DNA of 34,947 nucleotides from a bacterium. Lineage in GTDB: Bacteria; Acidobacteriota; Blastocatellia; HR10. The notes under the pieces are model-generated. The model saw only the letters and a list, made by a program, of their open reading frames with translations, did not search any database and was not told the DNA's origin. The position numbers and the translations under genes are program-made. The DNA lies in contig JBEPZV010000027.1 of assembly GCA_041640655.1 (NCBI GenBank), positions 1 through 34,947 of the forward strand. Reading direction: 5' to 3'. This document shows, in pieces, positions 8,285 to 17,640 of this stretch (within the stretch, counting starts at the first letter, position 1; each line of letters opens with the position of its first letter).

Positions 8285-9165
8285 CACAGGAGGCCTTTCG
8301 CCCTGAGGAACGCTCGGATGACCTCGCGCGGGTCGCGATGTTCTCCATCCACGGCATAGTTCAATCGGCGCATCTCCTCCGCAGAGATGCGTCCCCCCAA
8401 CCGTTCCAGGAGGGCGCGGAGTTCGGGATGGCGGCGCAAGGTCTCGACGCGCACGATGGGCACGGCCTCATACGGGGGGAAGTAGTGACGATCGTCGTCC
8501 AGGGCGACGAGGTCGAGTGCGGCGATCACGCCATCGGTGGAATTGCCGGCCACGACGTCCACCTGCCGCTCCCGGAGCGCGCGATAGATCAAACCGAGGT
8601 CCATGATGCGGGGCGGCTCGGCGAAGCGCAATCCGTAGGTGCGGGCCAATCCGGGGAAGCCGTCGGCGCGCTCCATGAATTCGTAACCGAATCCGGCGCG
8701 CCAGCGCGGCGCGTGCGGCACCAGATCGGAGATCGTGCGCAGGTTCAGCCGACGCGCGTCCTCGCCGCGCACGACGATGGCGAAGGTGTTCTCGAAGCCC
8801 AGCGGTCGCAACCATTCGATGCCGAATTGCGCGAGATAGGCGTCGCGCACCTGCTGATAGGCCTGGCGGGGATCGTGCACGGGCGCGCGGTTGAGGATGG
8901 CCGTGAGCGCCGTCCCCGTGTACTCGACGTAGAGATCAATCTGCCCGGAGACGATCGCGCGATGACAGATGAACGTCCCCCCGAGGTTGAGGCGGCGCTC
9001 GACACGAAGCCTCGTCTTCGCCTCAAGATATTGGGCGAGCAGTTCACCGAGCACGATCTGCTCGGTGAAATTCTTCGAGCCGATGACGATCTTCCCTCCC
9101 GAGCGCGAACAGGAGGGGACGAGCGCCACCAGCAGAAGCGCCATGAGGAGGGCGCGGGCGATCAT
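8284..9165 (-). CDS. Glycine betaine/osmoprotectant ABC transporter substrate-binding lipoprotein (OpuC/OsmF-like)
   Basis: Lipobox-like LVPSC; motifs IGSKNFTEQ, YVEYTGT, GFENTFA and FPPY. Confidence 0.92.
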   Translation of the reverse strand: MIARALLMALLLVALVPSCSRSGGKIVIGSKNFTEQIVLGELLAQYLEAKTRLRVERRLNLGGTFICHRAIVSGQIDLYVEYTGTALTAILNRAPVHDPRQAYQQVRDAYLAQFGIEWLRPLGFENTFAIVVRGEDARRLNLRTISDLVPHAPRWRAGFGYEFMERADGFPGLARTYGLRFAEPPRIMDLGLIYRALRERQVDVVAGNSTDGVIAALDLVALDDDRHYFPPYEAVPIVRVETLRRHPELRALLERLGGRISAEEMRRLNYAVDGEHRDPREVIRAFLRAKGLL

Positions 9166-9821
9166 CGCGAACGCTCCTCTCGGCGGAGTCCCTTCGGCGC
9201 GAGCCGCCGCTCCACATGGCCGAGAGCGAAGTCGGCCACAAGCGCCAGCAGCGCGGCCGGAACAGCGCCAGCGAGGATGAGCGTGTTATCCACCATGGCG
9301 ACGCCGCGAAAGATGAGGACGCCCAAGCCTCCGGCTCCAATGGCCGCGGCGATCGTCGCCGTGCCGATGGAGACCACGAGCGCGACGCGCACGCCGGCGA
9401 GGATGACGCTGAGCGCCAAAGGGATCTCGACGCGCCAGAGGAGTTGCCGATCCGTCATCCCCATGGCCAGCGCGGCGAAACGGACATGGGGATCCACGGC
9501 GGTGATGCCCACATAGGTGTTCCGCACAATGGGCAACAACGCGTAGAGGACGAGCGCGACGATCGCCGTGCGCGCTCCGATCCCACCGATCCCCGGGATC
9601 GGAATGAGGAAACCGAAGAGCGCGAGGCTGGGGATCGTCTGGACCACGTTCACGAAGGCGAGCAACGGCTTCCGCCATCGCGGTCGTCGCGTGAGGGCGA
9701 TGCCCAGGGGCACCCCCAGGGCGACGGCGATCCCTGTGGAGACGGCGGCCAACAGGAGATGCTCCACCGTCAGGTGGAGGATGTCACGAGGGTAACGAAG
9801 GAGGACGTCGCTCATCGGCAT
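9162..9821 (-). CDS. Osmoprotectant ABC transporter permease (start could be 9833, 9821 or 9815)
   Basis: QTIPSLAL, YALLPIVRNT, EAA-like loop AALAMGMT, AAAIGAGGLG. Confidence 0.92.
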   Translation of the reverse strand: MPMSDVLLRYPRDILHLTVEHLLLAAVSTGIAVALGVPLGIALTRRPRWRKPLLAFVNVVQTIPSLALFGFLIPIPGIGGIGARTAIVALVLYALLPIVRNTYVGITAVDPHVRFAALAMGMTDRQLLWRVEIPLALSVILAGVRVALVVSIGTATIAAAIGAGGLGVLIFRGVAMVDNTLILAGAVPAALLALVADFALGHVERRLAPKGLRREERSR

Positions 9822-9829
9822 AGGTCGTC

Positions 9830-10603
9830 TCACCCTTTCCCGCGCGCGTCACGGGCGGTCTCGCGCAGAACGCGGAGGAAGCGGTGCGCCTCCTCCAGCT
9901 CGAGCTGCAGGAACTCCGATGGGGAGCAGAGCGCCAGGAGTCGGCCCTCGGCCAACAGGGCGATGCGCGTGGCCAGGGCGAACGCTTCATGGACATCGTG
10001 CGTGACCAAGAGCGTCGTCTTGCGCAAGCGTTCGTGAAGTCGGTGGAACTCCGCGCGCAGCTCCCATCGCGTGATCGGATCGAGCGCTCCAAACGGCTCG
10101 TCCAGCAGGAGAATCGGGGGATCGGCCGCGAGCGCGCGCGCCACGCCAACACGCTGGCGTTGTCCGCCGCTCAGCTCATGCGGGTATCGGCGGGCGAAGA
10201 TCGCCGGCTCAAGCCCCACCAGCTCGAGTAGCTCGCGCACGCGCGCGGCCGTGCGCTCAGGACCCCACCCTTCGAGCGTCGGCACGAGCGCGACGTTCTC
10301 CGCGACGGTGAGGTGGGGGAAGAGACCGACTTCCTGGATGACGTAGCCGATGCGGCGGCGGAGGCGAATCGGATCCCAGGCCGTCGTCGGACGCCCTTCG
10401 ACGAGGACCTCGCCCTCGGTCGGCGTGAGCAATCGGTTGATGAGTTGGAGCGTCGTGGTCTTCCCCGCCCCGCTGCGACCGAGAAGGACGAGCAGCTCGC
10501 CGCGCCGCACCTGGAACGAGAGCGCCGTGATCCGCGGCGGCTCCCCCTCTGGGCGATAACTCACGTTCCGGAACTCGATGATGACATCCTCGCCTGAGGT
10601 CAT
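9830..10603 (-). CDS. Osmoprotectant ABC transporter ATP-binding protein
   Basis: GRSGAGKT, LRRRIGYVIQEVGLFPH, LSGGQRQR, LLDEPFGALDP. Confidence 0.93.
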   Translation of the reverse strand: MTSGEDVIIEFRNVSYRPEGEPPRITALSFQVRRGELLVLLGRSGAGKTTTLQLINRLLTPTEGEVLVEGRPTTAWDPIRLRRRIGYVIQEVGLFPHLTVAENVALVPTLEGWGPERTAARVRELLELVGLEPAIFARRYPHELSGGQRQRVGVARALAADPPILLLDEPFGALDPITRWELRAEFHRLHERLRKTTLLVTHDVHEAFALATRIALLAEGRLLALCSPSEFLQLELEEAHRFLRVLRETARDARGKG

Positions 10604-10634
10604 GCCCCTTGGTCTCTCGGCGCTGCGAAGCGAT

Positions 10635-10664
10635 ATTCTAGAAGGTCACGGGCGCGAGGGGCAA
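10635..10664 (-). promoter_or_regulatory. Candidate sigma70 promoter for the osmoprotectant operon
   Basis: Minus strand TTGCCC-18 nt-TAGAAT, about 30 nt upstream of the start at 10603. Confidence 0.35.
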
Positions 10665-10738
10665 GCGAGGCGATTGAGCAGGACGAGGCGCACATGCTAA
10701 CGTTGAGGGAGATGAATCGGCGGGCGTGGAACGAACGC

Positions 10739-11647
10739 ATGCTCGATCTCCGGTTGCTGGAGATCTTCTGCGCCGTGTACGAGGAGCGGAGCTTCTCGCG
10801 GGCGGCGGCGCGACTCTATCTCACGCAACCGACCGTGAGCGGACACATCAAGGCGTTGGAGGCGAGGCTCGGCGCGCGGCTCTTTGATCGGCTGGGGCAC
10901 GAGATTCGACCCACGGCCGTCGGGGACGTGCTCTACGAAGAGGCGCGACGGCTTCCGGAACTGCGGCGCGCGATCGCCGAACGCGTGGGCCGCTTCCTCG
11001 ATCGCCTGGAGGGCGAGCTGCGCGTGGGCGCCAGCACCATCCCCGGAGAGTATCTGTTGCCCGACGTGCTTCGACGCTTCCGGCACGCGCATCCGCAGGT
11101 GCGCGCGATAGTGGTCATCGCCGATACGGCAGGCATCATCGAGGAGGTCGAGCGCGGGCGCGTGGAGGTGGGGCTGGTCGGCGCGCGCCGCCCGCAGCGC
11201 GACCTGGACTTTCAGCCCTTCGCCTCCGATCGCCTCGTTCTCGTAGCGCCCGGCGATCGGCAGTGGGCGCGCGTGAAGGCGCTCTCACTCGCCGAGCTGC
11301 GCGATCTGCCGCTGCTCATCCGCGAGCGCGGATCGGGCACGCGCACCGCCCTGGAGCGCGCGTTGGCGGAACTGGGCCACCGCTTGACGGAGTTCACCAT
11401 CGCGGCCGAGCTGGGGAGCACAAGCGCCCTCAAGCAGGCGGTGATCGCAGGCGTGGGCGTCGCCTTCCTCTCGGCGCGCGCCGTCGAACACGAGGTGAAA
11501 TGCCGCCTGGTGCGCGTCGTGCCGGTGCGCGAGCTTCCGGTCATCGAGCGCGAGTTCTTCGTCGTGCGGCATCGCCAGCGCGCCCTCTCTCCGGTGTCGG
11601 AGACCTTCCTCGAGTTCCTCCAAAAGTCGGGCGAGGACCAAGCCTGA
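10739..11647 (+). CDS. LysR-family transcriptional regulator (CysL-like subgroup); start may be 10694 or 10712
   Basis: HTH 'SFSRAAARLYLTQPTVSGHIKALE'; GASTIPGEY and RERGSGTR motifs. Confidence 0.92.
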   Translation: MLDLRLLEIFCAVYEERSFSRAAARLYLTQPTVSGHIKALEARLGARLFDRLGHEIRPTAVGDVLYEEARRLPELRRAIAERVGRFLDRLEGELRVGASTIPGEYLLPDVLRRFRHAHPQVRAIVVIADTAGIIEEVERGRVEVGLVGARRPQRDLDFQPFASDRLVLVAPGDRQWARVKALSLAELRDLPLLIRERGSGTRTALERALAELGHRLTEFTIAAELGSTSALKQAVIAGVGVAFLSARAVEHEVKCRLVRVVPVRELPVIEREFFVVRHRQRALSPVSETFLEFLQKSGEDQA

Positions 11648-11729
11648 AGGCGAGCCCGACTTGGAGACTCTCCCCCGGAGATGCTACACTCACTTTGCTT
11701 GAGATCATCTGAGGGGCTCGATCACCGTC

Positions 11730-12779
11730 ATGCACGCGATCATCCTCGCCGGCGGGAAAGGGACGCGCATGCGCCCGCTGACGGTTCACCTGCCGAAGCC
11801 GGCAGCTCCGGTGGTGAACCGACCATTTCTCTTCTACCAGCTCGATCTGCTGCGTGGGACGGGCGTCGAAGAGGTGATGGTCTGCCTCGCCTATCAACCA
11901 CAGCGGATCGAACATGCCCTCACCGAGAGTGAGGACTACGGGTTCTCCATTCGGTATGTTGTGGAACCGACTCCCCTGGGGACAGCCGGAGCGTTCAAGA
12001 ACTGCGAAGCGTATGTGCAGGGGACGGCCATTGTGCTGAACGGGGATATTCTGACGGATCTCGCTCTCTCCGACGTCCTGAGGCATCATCGAGAGACGGC
12101 GGCGGTGGCGACGATTGTCCTCGTGCCGGTTGAGAACCCATCGGCCTACGGGGTCGTCGAGATGGCCGCCGACGGGCGCGTCACGCGTTTCGTCGAGAAA
12201 CCGCGCGCAAGCGAGGTGACGTCGCGGTTGATCAACGCGGGCATCTACGTCCTGGAGCCGCGCGTGCTCTCTCACATCCCGGAGGGCAAGACGTTCTCCT
12301 TCGAATACGACCTCTTCCCTCTGCTTCTGGAGCGGGGGGAGCCGGTGCAGGCCTACGTGTGGGAGGGGTATTGGCGGGACATCGGGACACCGCGCCATTA
12401 TCTGCAGGCGAATCTCGATGTGCTGGCCGGCAAGGTGCGGACCTATTCCCCGGTGCGCCCGCCGCGAGGCGAACGATTCGATGAGGCCGCGGGCATTGAT
12501 CGGCTCTCGGTCGTGGATCCGAGTTGCACGGTGAAGGCGGGAGCCGAGATCGTGAATTCGGTCGTAGGGCCGCACTGCTTCATCGAAGAGAGGGCGCGGA
12601 TCGAGGATTCCGTCCTGTGGTCGGGGACGCGCGTCGGCGCGCATGCCGAGGTGCGCGGATCGGTTCTGGGGCGAGGCTGCCATGTCGGGCGCGCGGCTCA
12701 GATCGCCGCGGGGACGTTCCTCGGAGACAAGTCGGTCGTGACCGACTACAGCATCATCGGTGGAGAGGAGGAGACCTGA
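11730..12779 (+). CDS. NDP-sugar pyrophosphorylase (mannose-1-phosphate guanylyltransferase-like)
   Basis: LAGGKGTRMRPLT..PKP, EPTPLGTAG, FVEKP, WRDIGTP; C-terminal hexapeptide beta-helix. Confidence 0.92.
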   Translation: MHAIILAGGKGTRMRPLTVHLPKPAAPVVNRPFLFYQLDLLRGTGVEEVMVCLAYQPQRIEHALTESEDYGFSIRYVVEPTPLGTAGAFKNCEAYVQGTAIVLNGDILTDLALSDVLRHHRETAAVATIVLVPVENPSAYGVVEMAADGRVTRFVEKPRASEVTSRLINAGIYVLEPRVLSHIPEGKTFSFEYDLFPLLLERGEPVQAYVWEGYWRDIGTPRHYLQANLDVLAGKVRTYSPVRPPRGERFDEAAGIDRLSVVDPSCTVKAGAEIVNSVVGPHCFIEERARIEDSVLWSGTRVGAHAEVRGSVLGRGCHVGRAAQIAAGTFLGDKSVVTDYSIIGGEEET

Positions 12780-14251
12780 TGCCAACGTCCATTCGATTCG
12801 GGACGGATGGATGGCGAGGACGTATTGCCGAGGACTTCACCTTCCGCAACGTGGAGATCGTGGCGCAAGCGTTGGCCGATTATCTGAAGGCTTCGGCAGG
12901 AGGGGCGGATGCGGATCGGCCGGTGCTGGTCGGCTACGATCGGCGATTCCTCTCGGAGCACTTCGCCGCGCGCGTGGCGGAGGTGCTCGCCGGAAATGGC
13001 CTTCATGTCGGGCTCTATCGACGGGATCTGCCGACGCCGTTGGTCTCCTTCGACGTGCACCGGCAGCAGGCGCGCGCGGGCGTGGTCATCACGGCCAGCC
13101 ACAATCCGCCGGAGTTCAACGGCTTCAAGATCAAGGAGGCCTTCGGGGGATCGGCGCGCCCGGAGGTGACACGGGCTGTGGAAGCACAACTCGGGCGATC
13201 GCAACCCTGCCGACAGCCGCTCGAGCGCGCTCACGCCGAGGGGCTCGCGCAATGGATAGATCCTCCTGATGACGCCTACTTCCACCGAGTGCGCGCGCTC
13301 GTGGACGTGGGAGCAATCCGTCGCTCCAACTGGCACATCATCGTGGATCCCATGCATGGGACGGCCGATCGCTACATGGAGCGTGTGCTCGGCGGGGGGC
13401 GCTGCCGTGTGGAGACGATCCGCACCGAGCGCGATCCGCTCTTCGGGGGCGTCAACCCGGAGCCGATGCCGCAGAATCTCGGCGCGCTCTTCGATGCCGT
13501 GCGCGCGACGCAGGCCACTATCGGCCTGGCTCACGATGGCGATGGCGATCGGCTGGCTGCCATTGGCGAGGACGGCCTGTTCATCACCCCACATCAGATC
13601 TTCCCACTGCTGGTCTGGCATCTGGTCCGCGAACGGGGGGAGCGCGGGATCGTCGTGCGCACATTCTCGCAGAGCGTGCTCGTGGATCGCATCGCGGACG
13701 CCCTGGGGTGTCCCGTGCGCATCGTGCCGATCGGATTCAAGTATATCGCCGATCTGATGCTCACCGAGGACGTCCTGATCGGTGGGGAGGAATCCGGGGG
13801 GATCGGCGTGCGGGGATATTTGCCGGAACGCGATGGGACCTTCGCCGGGTTGCTCCTGCTCGAAGCCCTGATCGCGCGCGGGCAGCGCCCTTCGGAGGCG
13901 GTGCGCGCCCTCTGGCGCGAATTCGGAGAATTCCAGTACCGGCGTGAGGATCACCACATGCCCGTCGAGCGCGGGAAGGCGATCGTCGCTCACTTGACGG
14001 CCGATCCGCCCGACCGACTGGCCGACTTCCGCATCGTGGACGTCCAGACGCTAGACGGGACGAAATTCCTGTTCGAAGACGCCAGTTGGATCCTCTTTCG
14101 ACAATCGGGGACGGAGCCCGTCCTGCGCATCTACGTTGAGGCGACGTCCGTGGAGAAGCGAGATCGGATCATGGACGCGGGTCTGGCGCTCGTGCGCGAG
14201 CTCGCGGCGCGCCTCTCAGACGAAACTCCAGTGGGGGAGGGCGAGGCATGA
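12779..14251 (+). CDS. Phosphoglucomutase/phosphomannomutase family protein
   Basis: FGTDGWRG, phosphoserine TASHNP, metal loop DGDGDR, GGEESGG, RQSGTEP; overlaps the upstream stop (TGATG). Confidence 0.95.
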   Translation: MPTSIRFGTDGWRGRIAEDFTFRNVEIVAQALADYLKASAGGADADRPVLVGYDRRFLSEHFAARVAEVLAGNGLHVGLYRRDLPTPLVSFDVHRQQARAGVVITASHNPPEFNGFKIKEAFGGSARPEVTRAVEAQLGRSQPCRQPLERAHAEGLAQWIDPPDDAYFHRVRALVDVGAIRRSNWHIIVDPMHGTADRYMERVLGGGRCRVETIRTERDPLFGGVNPEPMPQNLGALFDAVRATQATIGLAHDGDGDRLAAIGEDGLFITPHQIFPLLVWHLVRERGERGIVVRTFSQSVLVDRIADALGCPVRIVPIGFKYIADLMLTEDVLIGGEESGGIGVRGYLPERDGTFAGLLLLEALIARGQRPSEAVRALWREFGEFQYRREDHHMPVERGKAIVAHLTADPPDRLADFRIVDVQTLDGTKFLFEDASWILFRQSGTEPVLRIYVEATSVEKRDRIMDAGLALVRELAARLSDETPVGEGEA

Positions 14252-14499
14252 AGCGCGTCATCTGCACCTACTGCAACACGCACATCTACACGTACACGGG
14301 GCCGGATGATCCGATCCGGTTCAAAGCCGAATATTTCATCCCCACGAGCCCGGCCTACCTGCAGCCACAGAAGGGGGATCGGATCAAATGCCCCGAGTGC
14401 GGGATCGAATTCGTGGCCTTCTCCAATCAGCTGAGCACGATTCAGATGCTCGCGGACTGGCCCTTTCAAGGCACGGGCATGCAGGAGTGGAAGAAGTGA
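14248..14499 (+). CDS. Small zinc-ribbon protein
   Basis: CTYC...CPEC; ATGA overlap with the phosphomutase stop; RBS GGAGG. Confidence 0.7.
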   Translation: MKRVICTYCNTHIYTYTGPDDPIRFKAEYFIPTSPAYLQPQKGDRIKCPECGIEFVAFSNQLSTIQMLADWPFQGTGMQEWKK

Positions 14500-14611
14500 A
14501 GAGCTGCGGCGTCTTCCCTTCCCGCGAGGGGGAGCGCGCACCGCATCAGGGCGATAGGCGATCACGTCTGAGCGCGAGCGTTGTCCGTCGAAGCGGGTTT
14601 TCCAGACGTGT

Positions 14612-14641
14612 TTGACAAGCCGAAGCGCCGAGGCCTAAAAT
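14612..14641 (+). promoter_or_regulatory. Candidate sigma70 promoter
   Basis: TTGACA-18 nt-TAAAAT upstream of 14690. Confidence 0.6.
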
Positions 14642-14689
14642 CTCCTTCTGGTTTGGAGCTGAGGGACCGGACGGTGTTGAGGGGCGCTC

Positions 14690-16360
14690 GTGAACGTCGG
14701 CACACCACATCGTCGCAGGGGGCCCGCCCCCCATTGGTCGAAGGGCTCGCGAGTCGCCCTCATTCTGCTTGTGCTTCTCGGTGACGGCGGGGCATTCTCC
14801 GGCTTCGCCACGTCGTTCCTTCCTGAAGAATCCCCCCGATCGAGCGCGGTGCAATCGGCCGGGCGGCGGTATCGGCAGGCCGAGCGCTTCATGCGCGAGG
14901 GGGATTACGAGAAAGCCGCCCAGGCCTATCGCGAGCTGCTGACGAAGAATCCCAAGGATCAACCGGCGCGGCTGGGACTCAGTCAGGCGCTGTTGAAGCT
15001 CGGGGACCTGAACGAGGCGTTCGAGCATGCGGCCGAAGTGCTGCGACAGGACCCGCAGAGTGCGCGCGCGCGCGCATTGATCGGCCTGGTGCTCCTGCGC
15101 TCGGGCGTCTTTCGAGAAGCGACCGAAGCGTTCGCCGCGGCGCTCGTTCTGGATGAACGCGAGGCCATCGCCTGGGCCGGATTGGCCGAGATTGACTTCT
15201 TCGAGAATCGCACCGAGCTGTCGTACCAACGGCTGCGACGGGCGACGGCGCTCGATCCGAGCGAACCCGACTATTGGATCGCCTTGGGACGGGCCGCCGC
15301 TCGATTGGAGAAGTTCCGCGAGGCGGCCGAGTATTATGAGAAATTCCTGGCCGTCTCCCCCAAGATGGATGTGGAGCGGCGGGAGCGGTATCGCGGATTG
15401 ATCGCCTTCTATCGCGCACTCTCGCTACTGGGCATCACGCATCTGCACCGTATCGAGGGGGAGCGCACGACCCGCATCCCCTTCCGATTGCAACGGGATC
15501 GCCCCTTCATTCAAGCGCGCGCCGGAAACAACGTGCTGCTGAACCTCGTCATTGATACGGGCGCGAGCATCTCCGTGCTCTCCTACGAGGCGGCGGAACG
15601 GTTGGGCATTCGTCCACTGGCGCGCGGGGGCGAGGCGCGCGCCGTCGGCGGCGGTGGGAAGTTCCCCATCGTCTATGGCTTGCTGGATTCGCTCGACCTG
15701 GGCGAGATTCGCATCTTCAACGTCCCGATCTATATTCGCACGATTCACCACACGGGAAATCCCGAGGGTGAGGGCGAAGCCGTGCGGGCCGACGGTTTCC
15801 TCGGACTCTCGGTATTGGCGAATTTCCGGTTCACCATCGACTATGCCGCGCAGACGATCATCTTGGAGACCGAACCGGTATCGGCGACGACCCCGGCGCC
15901 CATCGCAGAGGGTTCGGAGATCCCCTTCCGCACGACCAACGGCGGTCTGGTCAGCGCCGAGGTCAAACTGCATAACGGCGAGATCGTGAACTTCCTGATT
16001 GATACCGGGGCCAGCGCCACCGTCGTCGGCGCCCACGTGGTGAAGAAATACAACCTGGAGAAGCATATCCTCCCGTCTCCGAAGATTCGCGTGCTCGGCG
16101 CCGCAGGCGTCATCGAGAACGTAGATCTGATCCTGCTGCCCTCCCTCTCGATGAACAGCTTGGAGCAACGGAACATTCGCGCGCCGGTCCTCGACCTGGG
16201 AGCGGTAAACGAATCGGCGGGCTTCATGCAAGCGGGGATTCTGGGCGGGAGCTTCCTCAAACATTTCCGCGTGACGTTCGATTTCTCCCGCGCGCGGATT
16301 CGGCTCGTGCCGCAGACCGATGCCATCCGGTCCACGAACGAGCGACCTTCGGAGGGATGA
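14690..16360 (+). CDS. Exported or membrane-anchored TPR protein with two retropepsin-like aspartic protease domains
   Basis: N-terminal hydrophobic stretch and TPRs, then LVIDTGAS...GFLGLSVL and FLIDTGAS...GILGGSFL. Confidence 0.88.
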   Translation: MNVGTPHRRRGPAPHWSKGSRVALILLVLLGDGGAFSGFATSFLPEESPRSSAVQSAGRRYRQAERFMREGDYEKAAQAYRELLTKNPKDQPARLGLSQALLKLGDLNEAFEHAAEVLRQDPQSARARALIGLVLLRSGVFREATEAFAAALVLDEREAIAWAGLAEIDFFENRTELSYQRLRRATALDPSEPDYWIALGRAAARLEKFREAAEYYEKFLAVSPKMDVERRERYRGLIAFYRALSLLGITHLHRIEGERTTRIPFRLQRDRPFIQARAGNNVLLNLVIDTGASISVLSYEAAERLGIRPLARGGEARAVGGGGKFPIVYGLLDSLDLGEIRIFNVPIYIRTIHHTGNPEGEGEAVRADGFLGLSVLANFRFTIDYAAQTIILETEPVSATTPAPIAEGSEIPFRTTNGGLVSAEVKLHNGEIVNFLIDTGASATVVGAHVVKKYNLEKHILPSPKIRVLGAAGVIENVDLILLPSLSMNSLEQRNIRAPVLDLGAVNESAGFMQAGILGGSFLKHFRVTFDFSRARIRLVPQTDAIRSTNERPSEG

Positions 16361-16830
16361 ACGTGGCCAAGATCAGCATCTACCTGGAGACATCGGTCAT
16401 CGGCGCCTATCTGGATAACGAGGACCCGTTCCGCCGTGACCTGACCATCCGCTGGTGGGAACATGAGCGCCCGCTCTACGACGCCTATATCTCGCCGCTC
16501 GTCGTGCGCGAGCTGGAACGGATGCGAGAGCCCCGCCGACAGGCCTATCTGAACCTCATCCGCGACATCCCCCAACTGGAGATCACCGAGGAGGTGGGCA
16601 TCCTGGCCGAAGGTTATATCGCGCGCGGTATCTTCCAGCGCAAGTACATGGCCGATGCGCTCCATGTGGCCGTGGCGTCCTTTCACAAAATCGACTTCCT
16701 GGTCACCTGGAACTTCGGCTACCTGGCCAATGTCTACCGGCAAGCGCGCGTGCGGCTGTTCAACGTCACGTCAGGTTTCTTCGTGCCGACGATCATCACG
16801 CCGGAATTCTTGGTCTCCGAGGTCGGGTGA
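16357..16830 (+). CDS. PIN-domain protein (VapC-like)
   Basis: IYLETSVI, ISPLVVRE, DALHVAVA, LVTWN; ATGA overlap with the upstream gene. Confidence 0.85.
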   Translation: MNVAKISIYLETSVIGAYLDNEDPFRRDLTIRWWEHERPLYDAYISPLVVRELERMREPRRQAYLNLIRDIPQLEITEEVGILAEGYIARGIFQRKYMADALHVAVASFHKIDFLVTWNFGYLANVYRQARVRLFNVTSGFFVPTIITPEFLVSEVG

Positions 16831-16832
16831 CG

Positions 16833-17030
16833 ATGTATCGCAAGCCGAAATTCCTCGAGGTCCTGCACGCTGTGCGCGAGCAGATGGCGCGCGAGTGCGA
16901 CTATGACATGGACCTCTTCATCCAGATGATCCGGCGCGAGGCGAAGCCCGATGAGAATCCCTCGGAGCCGGTGCCCTCGAACTCCCCATCACCGGCCCCC
17001 GCCCCACGGAAGGCGAAGCGGAAGTCATAA
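16833..17030 (+). CDS. Small protein downstream of the PIN gene, putative antitoxin
   Basis: Helical 'LEVLHAVREQMARECDYD' pattern of small partners found after this PIN type; 2 nt after the PIN stop. Confidence 0.6.
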   Translation: MYRKPKFLEVLHAVREQMARECDYDMDLFIQMIRREAKPDENPSEPVPSNSPSPAPAPRKAKRKS

Positions 17031-17039
17031 TACTCCCGC

Positions 17040-17227
17040 AAATAAGGAAGCCCCCGTGCCCTCAGGCGAGGGCAAATGCTCAACTGGGGGAGGTCTCCAA
17101 ACGGGGGCTCCGTCTCGGATCAAGAGGGGCTACGCCTCTTGATCCCACGGGCGATCCGCACAGCGGGCTTCGGACCGCCCTGGTTGTGCTCGGCCGCTTC
17201 GCTGTGTTGTGGCACCGTCTTCACGCC
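17040..17227 (-). ncRNA. Candidate structured small RNA (~190 nt)
   Basis: Hairpins GGATCAAGAGG/CCTCTTGATCC, TGCCCTC/GAGGGCA and closing stem GGAGCCCCCGT/ACGGGGGCTTCC, followed by TTATTT. Lies immediately downstream of a sigma54 promoter, with no convincing ORF. Confidence 0.55.
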
Positions 17228-17237
17228 AAAAATATAA

Positions 17238-17253
17238 TGCAACCGCCATGCCA
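17238..17253 (-). promoter_or_regulatory. sigma54 (RpoN) -24/-12 promoter
   Basis: Minus strand TGGCATGGCGGTTGCA fits TGGCA-N6-TTGCW with exact GG-N10-GC spacing. Confidence 0.7.
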
Positions 17254-17343
17254 GAGGATGCACTCCCACCGGGGACAACCCATAAGTCCAATCGCATGAA
17301 CCCATTCCCCACCACCAGACCCCTCCTCGACGAAGCCCCGAAC

Positions 17344-17363
17344 CTGTCGCCACGCAGCGACAG
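17344..17363. promoter_or_regulatory. Palindrome, candidate enhancer-binding-protein site 1
   Basis: CTGTCGC-N6-GCGACAG, about 120-135 bp upstream of the predicted +1. Confidence 0.55.
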
Positions 17364-17524
17364 AAAGCCCCTCACAAGCTCCCCCCTCAAGCATCGGCCA
17401 CGCCTTTCAGACGGTCTCACTGCCAGCCGAATGAGCCAAATAGACGCCTGAAATCCCACAATATACGTGCGACGCCAGGACGCCAGGCGCCCCCACAAGA
17501 TCGTCCGCTCCCCCTCAGAATGTG

Positions 17525-17542
17525 TGTCGCCACCATGCGACA
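17525..17542. promoter_or_regulatory. Palindrome, candidate enhancer-binding-protein site 2
   Basis: TGTCGC-N6-GCGACA, same arms and spacing as site 1. Confidence 0.5.
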
Positions 17543-17640
17543 GCCCCCCCATAGCAGGCGCACACGGTGAGGCAGAGGTTCGGAACACGAAGGTTGATCC
17601 GCACAAAGCATCGCGGCGCCAGCCCCCCGTAGGCCCCGAG

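Noticed and set aside
17040..17227. Assignment to 6S RNA, tmRNA, SRP, RNase P or a glycine riboswitch
   Set aside because: I could not find their diagnostic motifs, and there is no downstream gene on that strand for a riboswitch to control.
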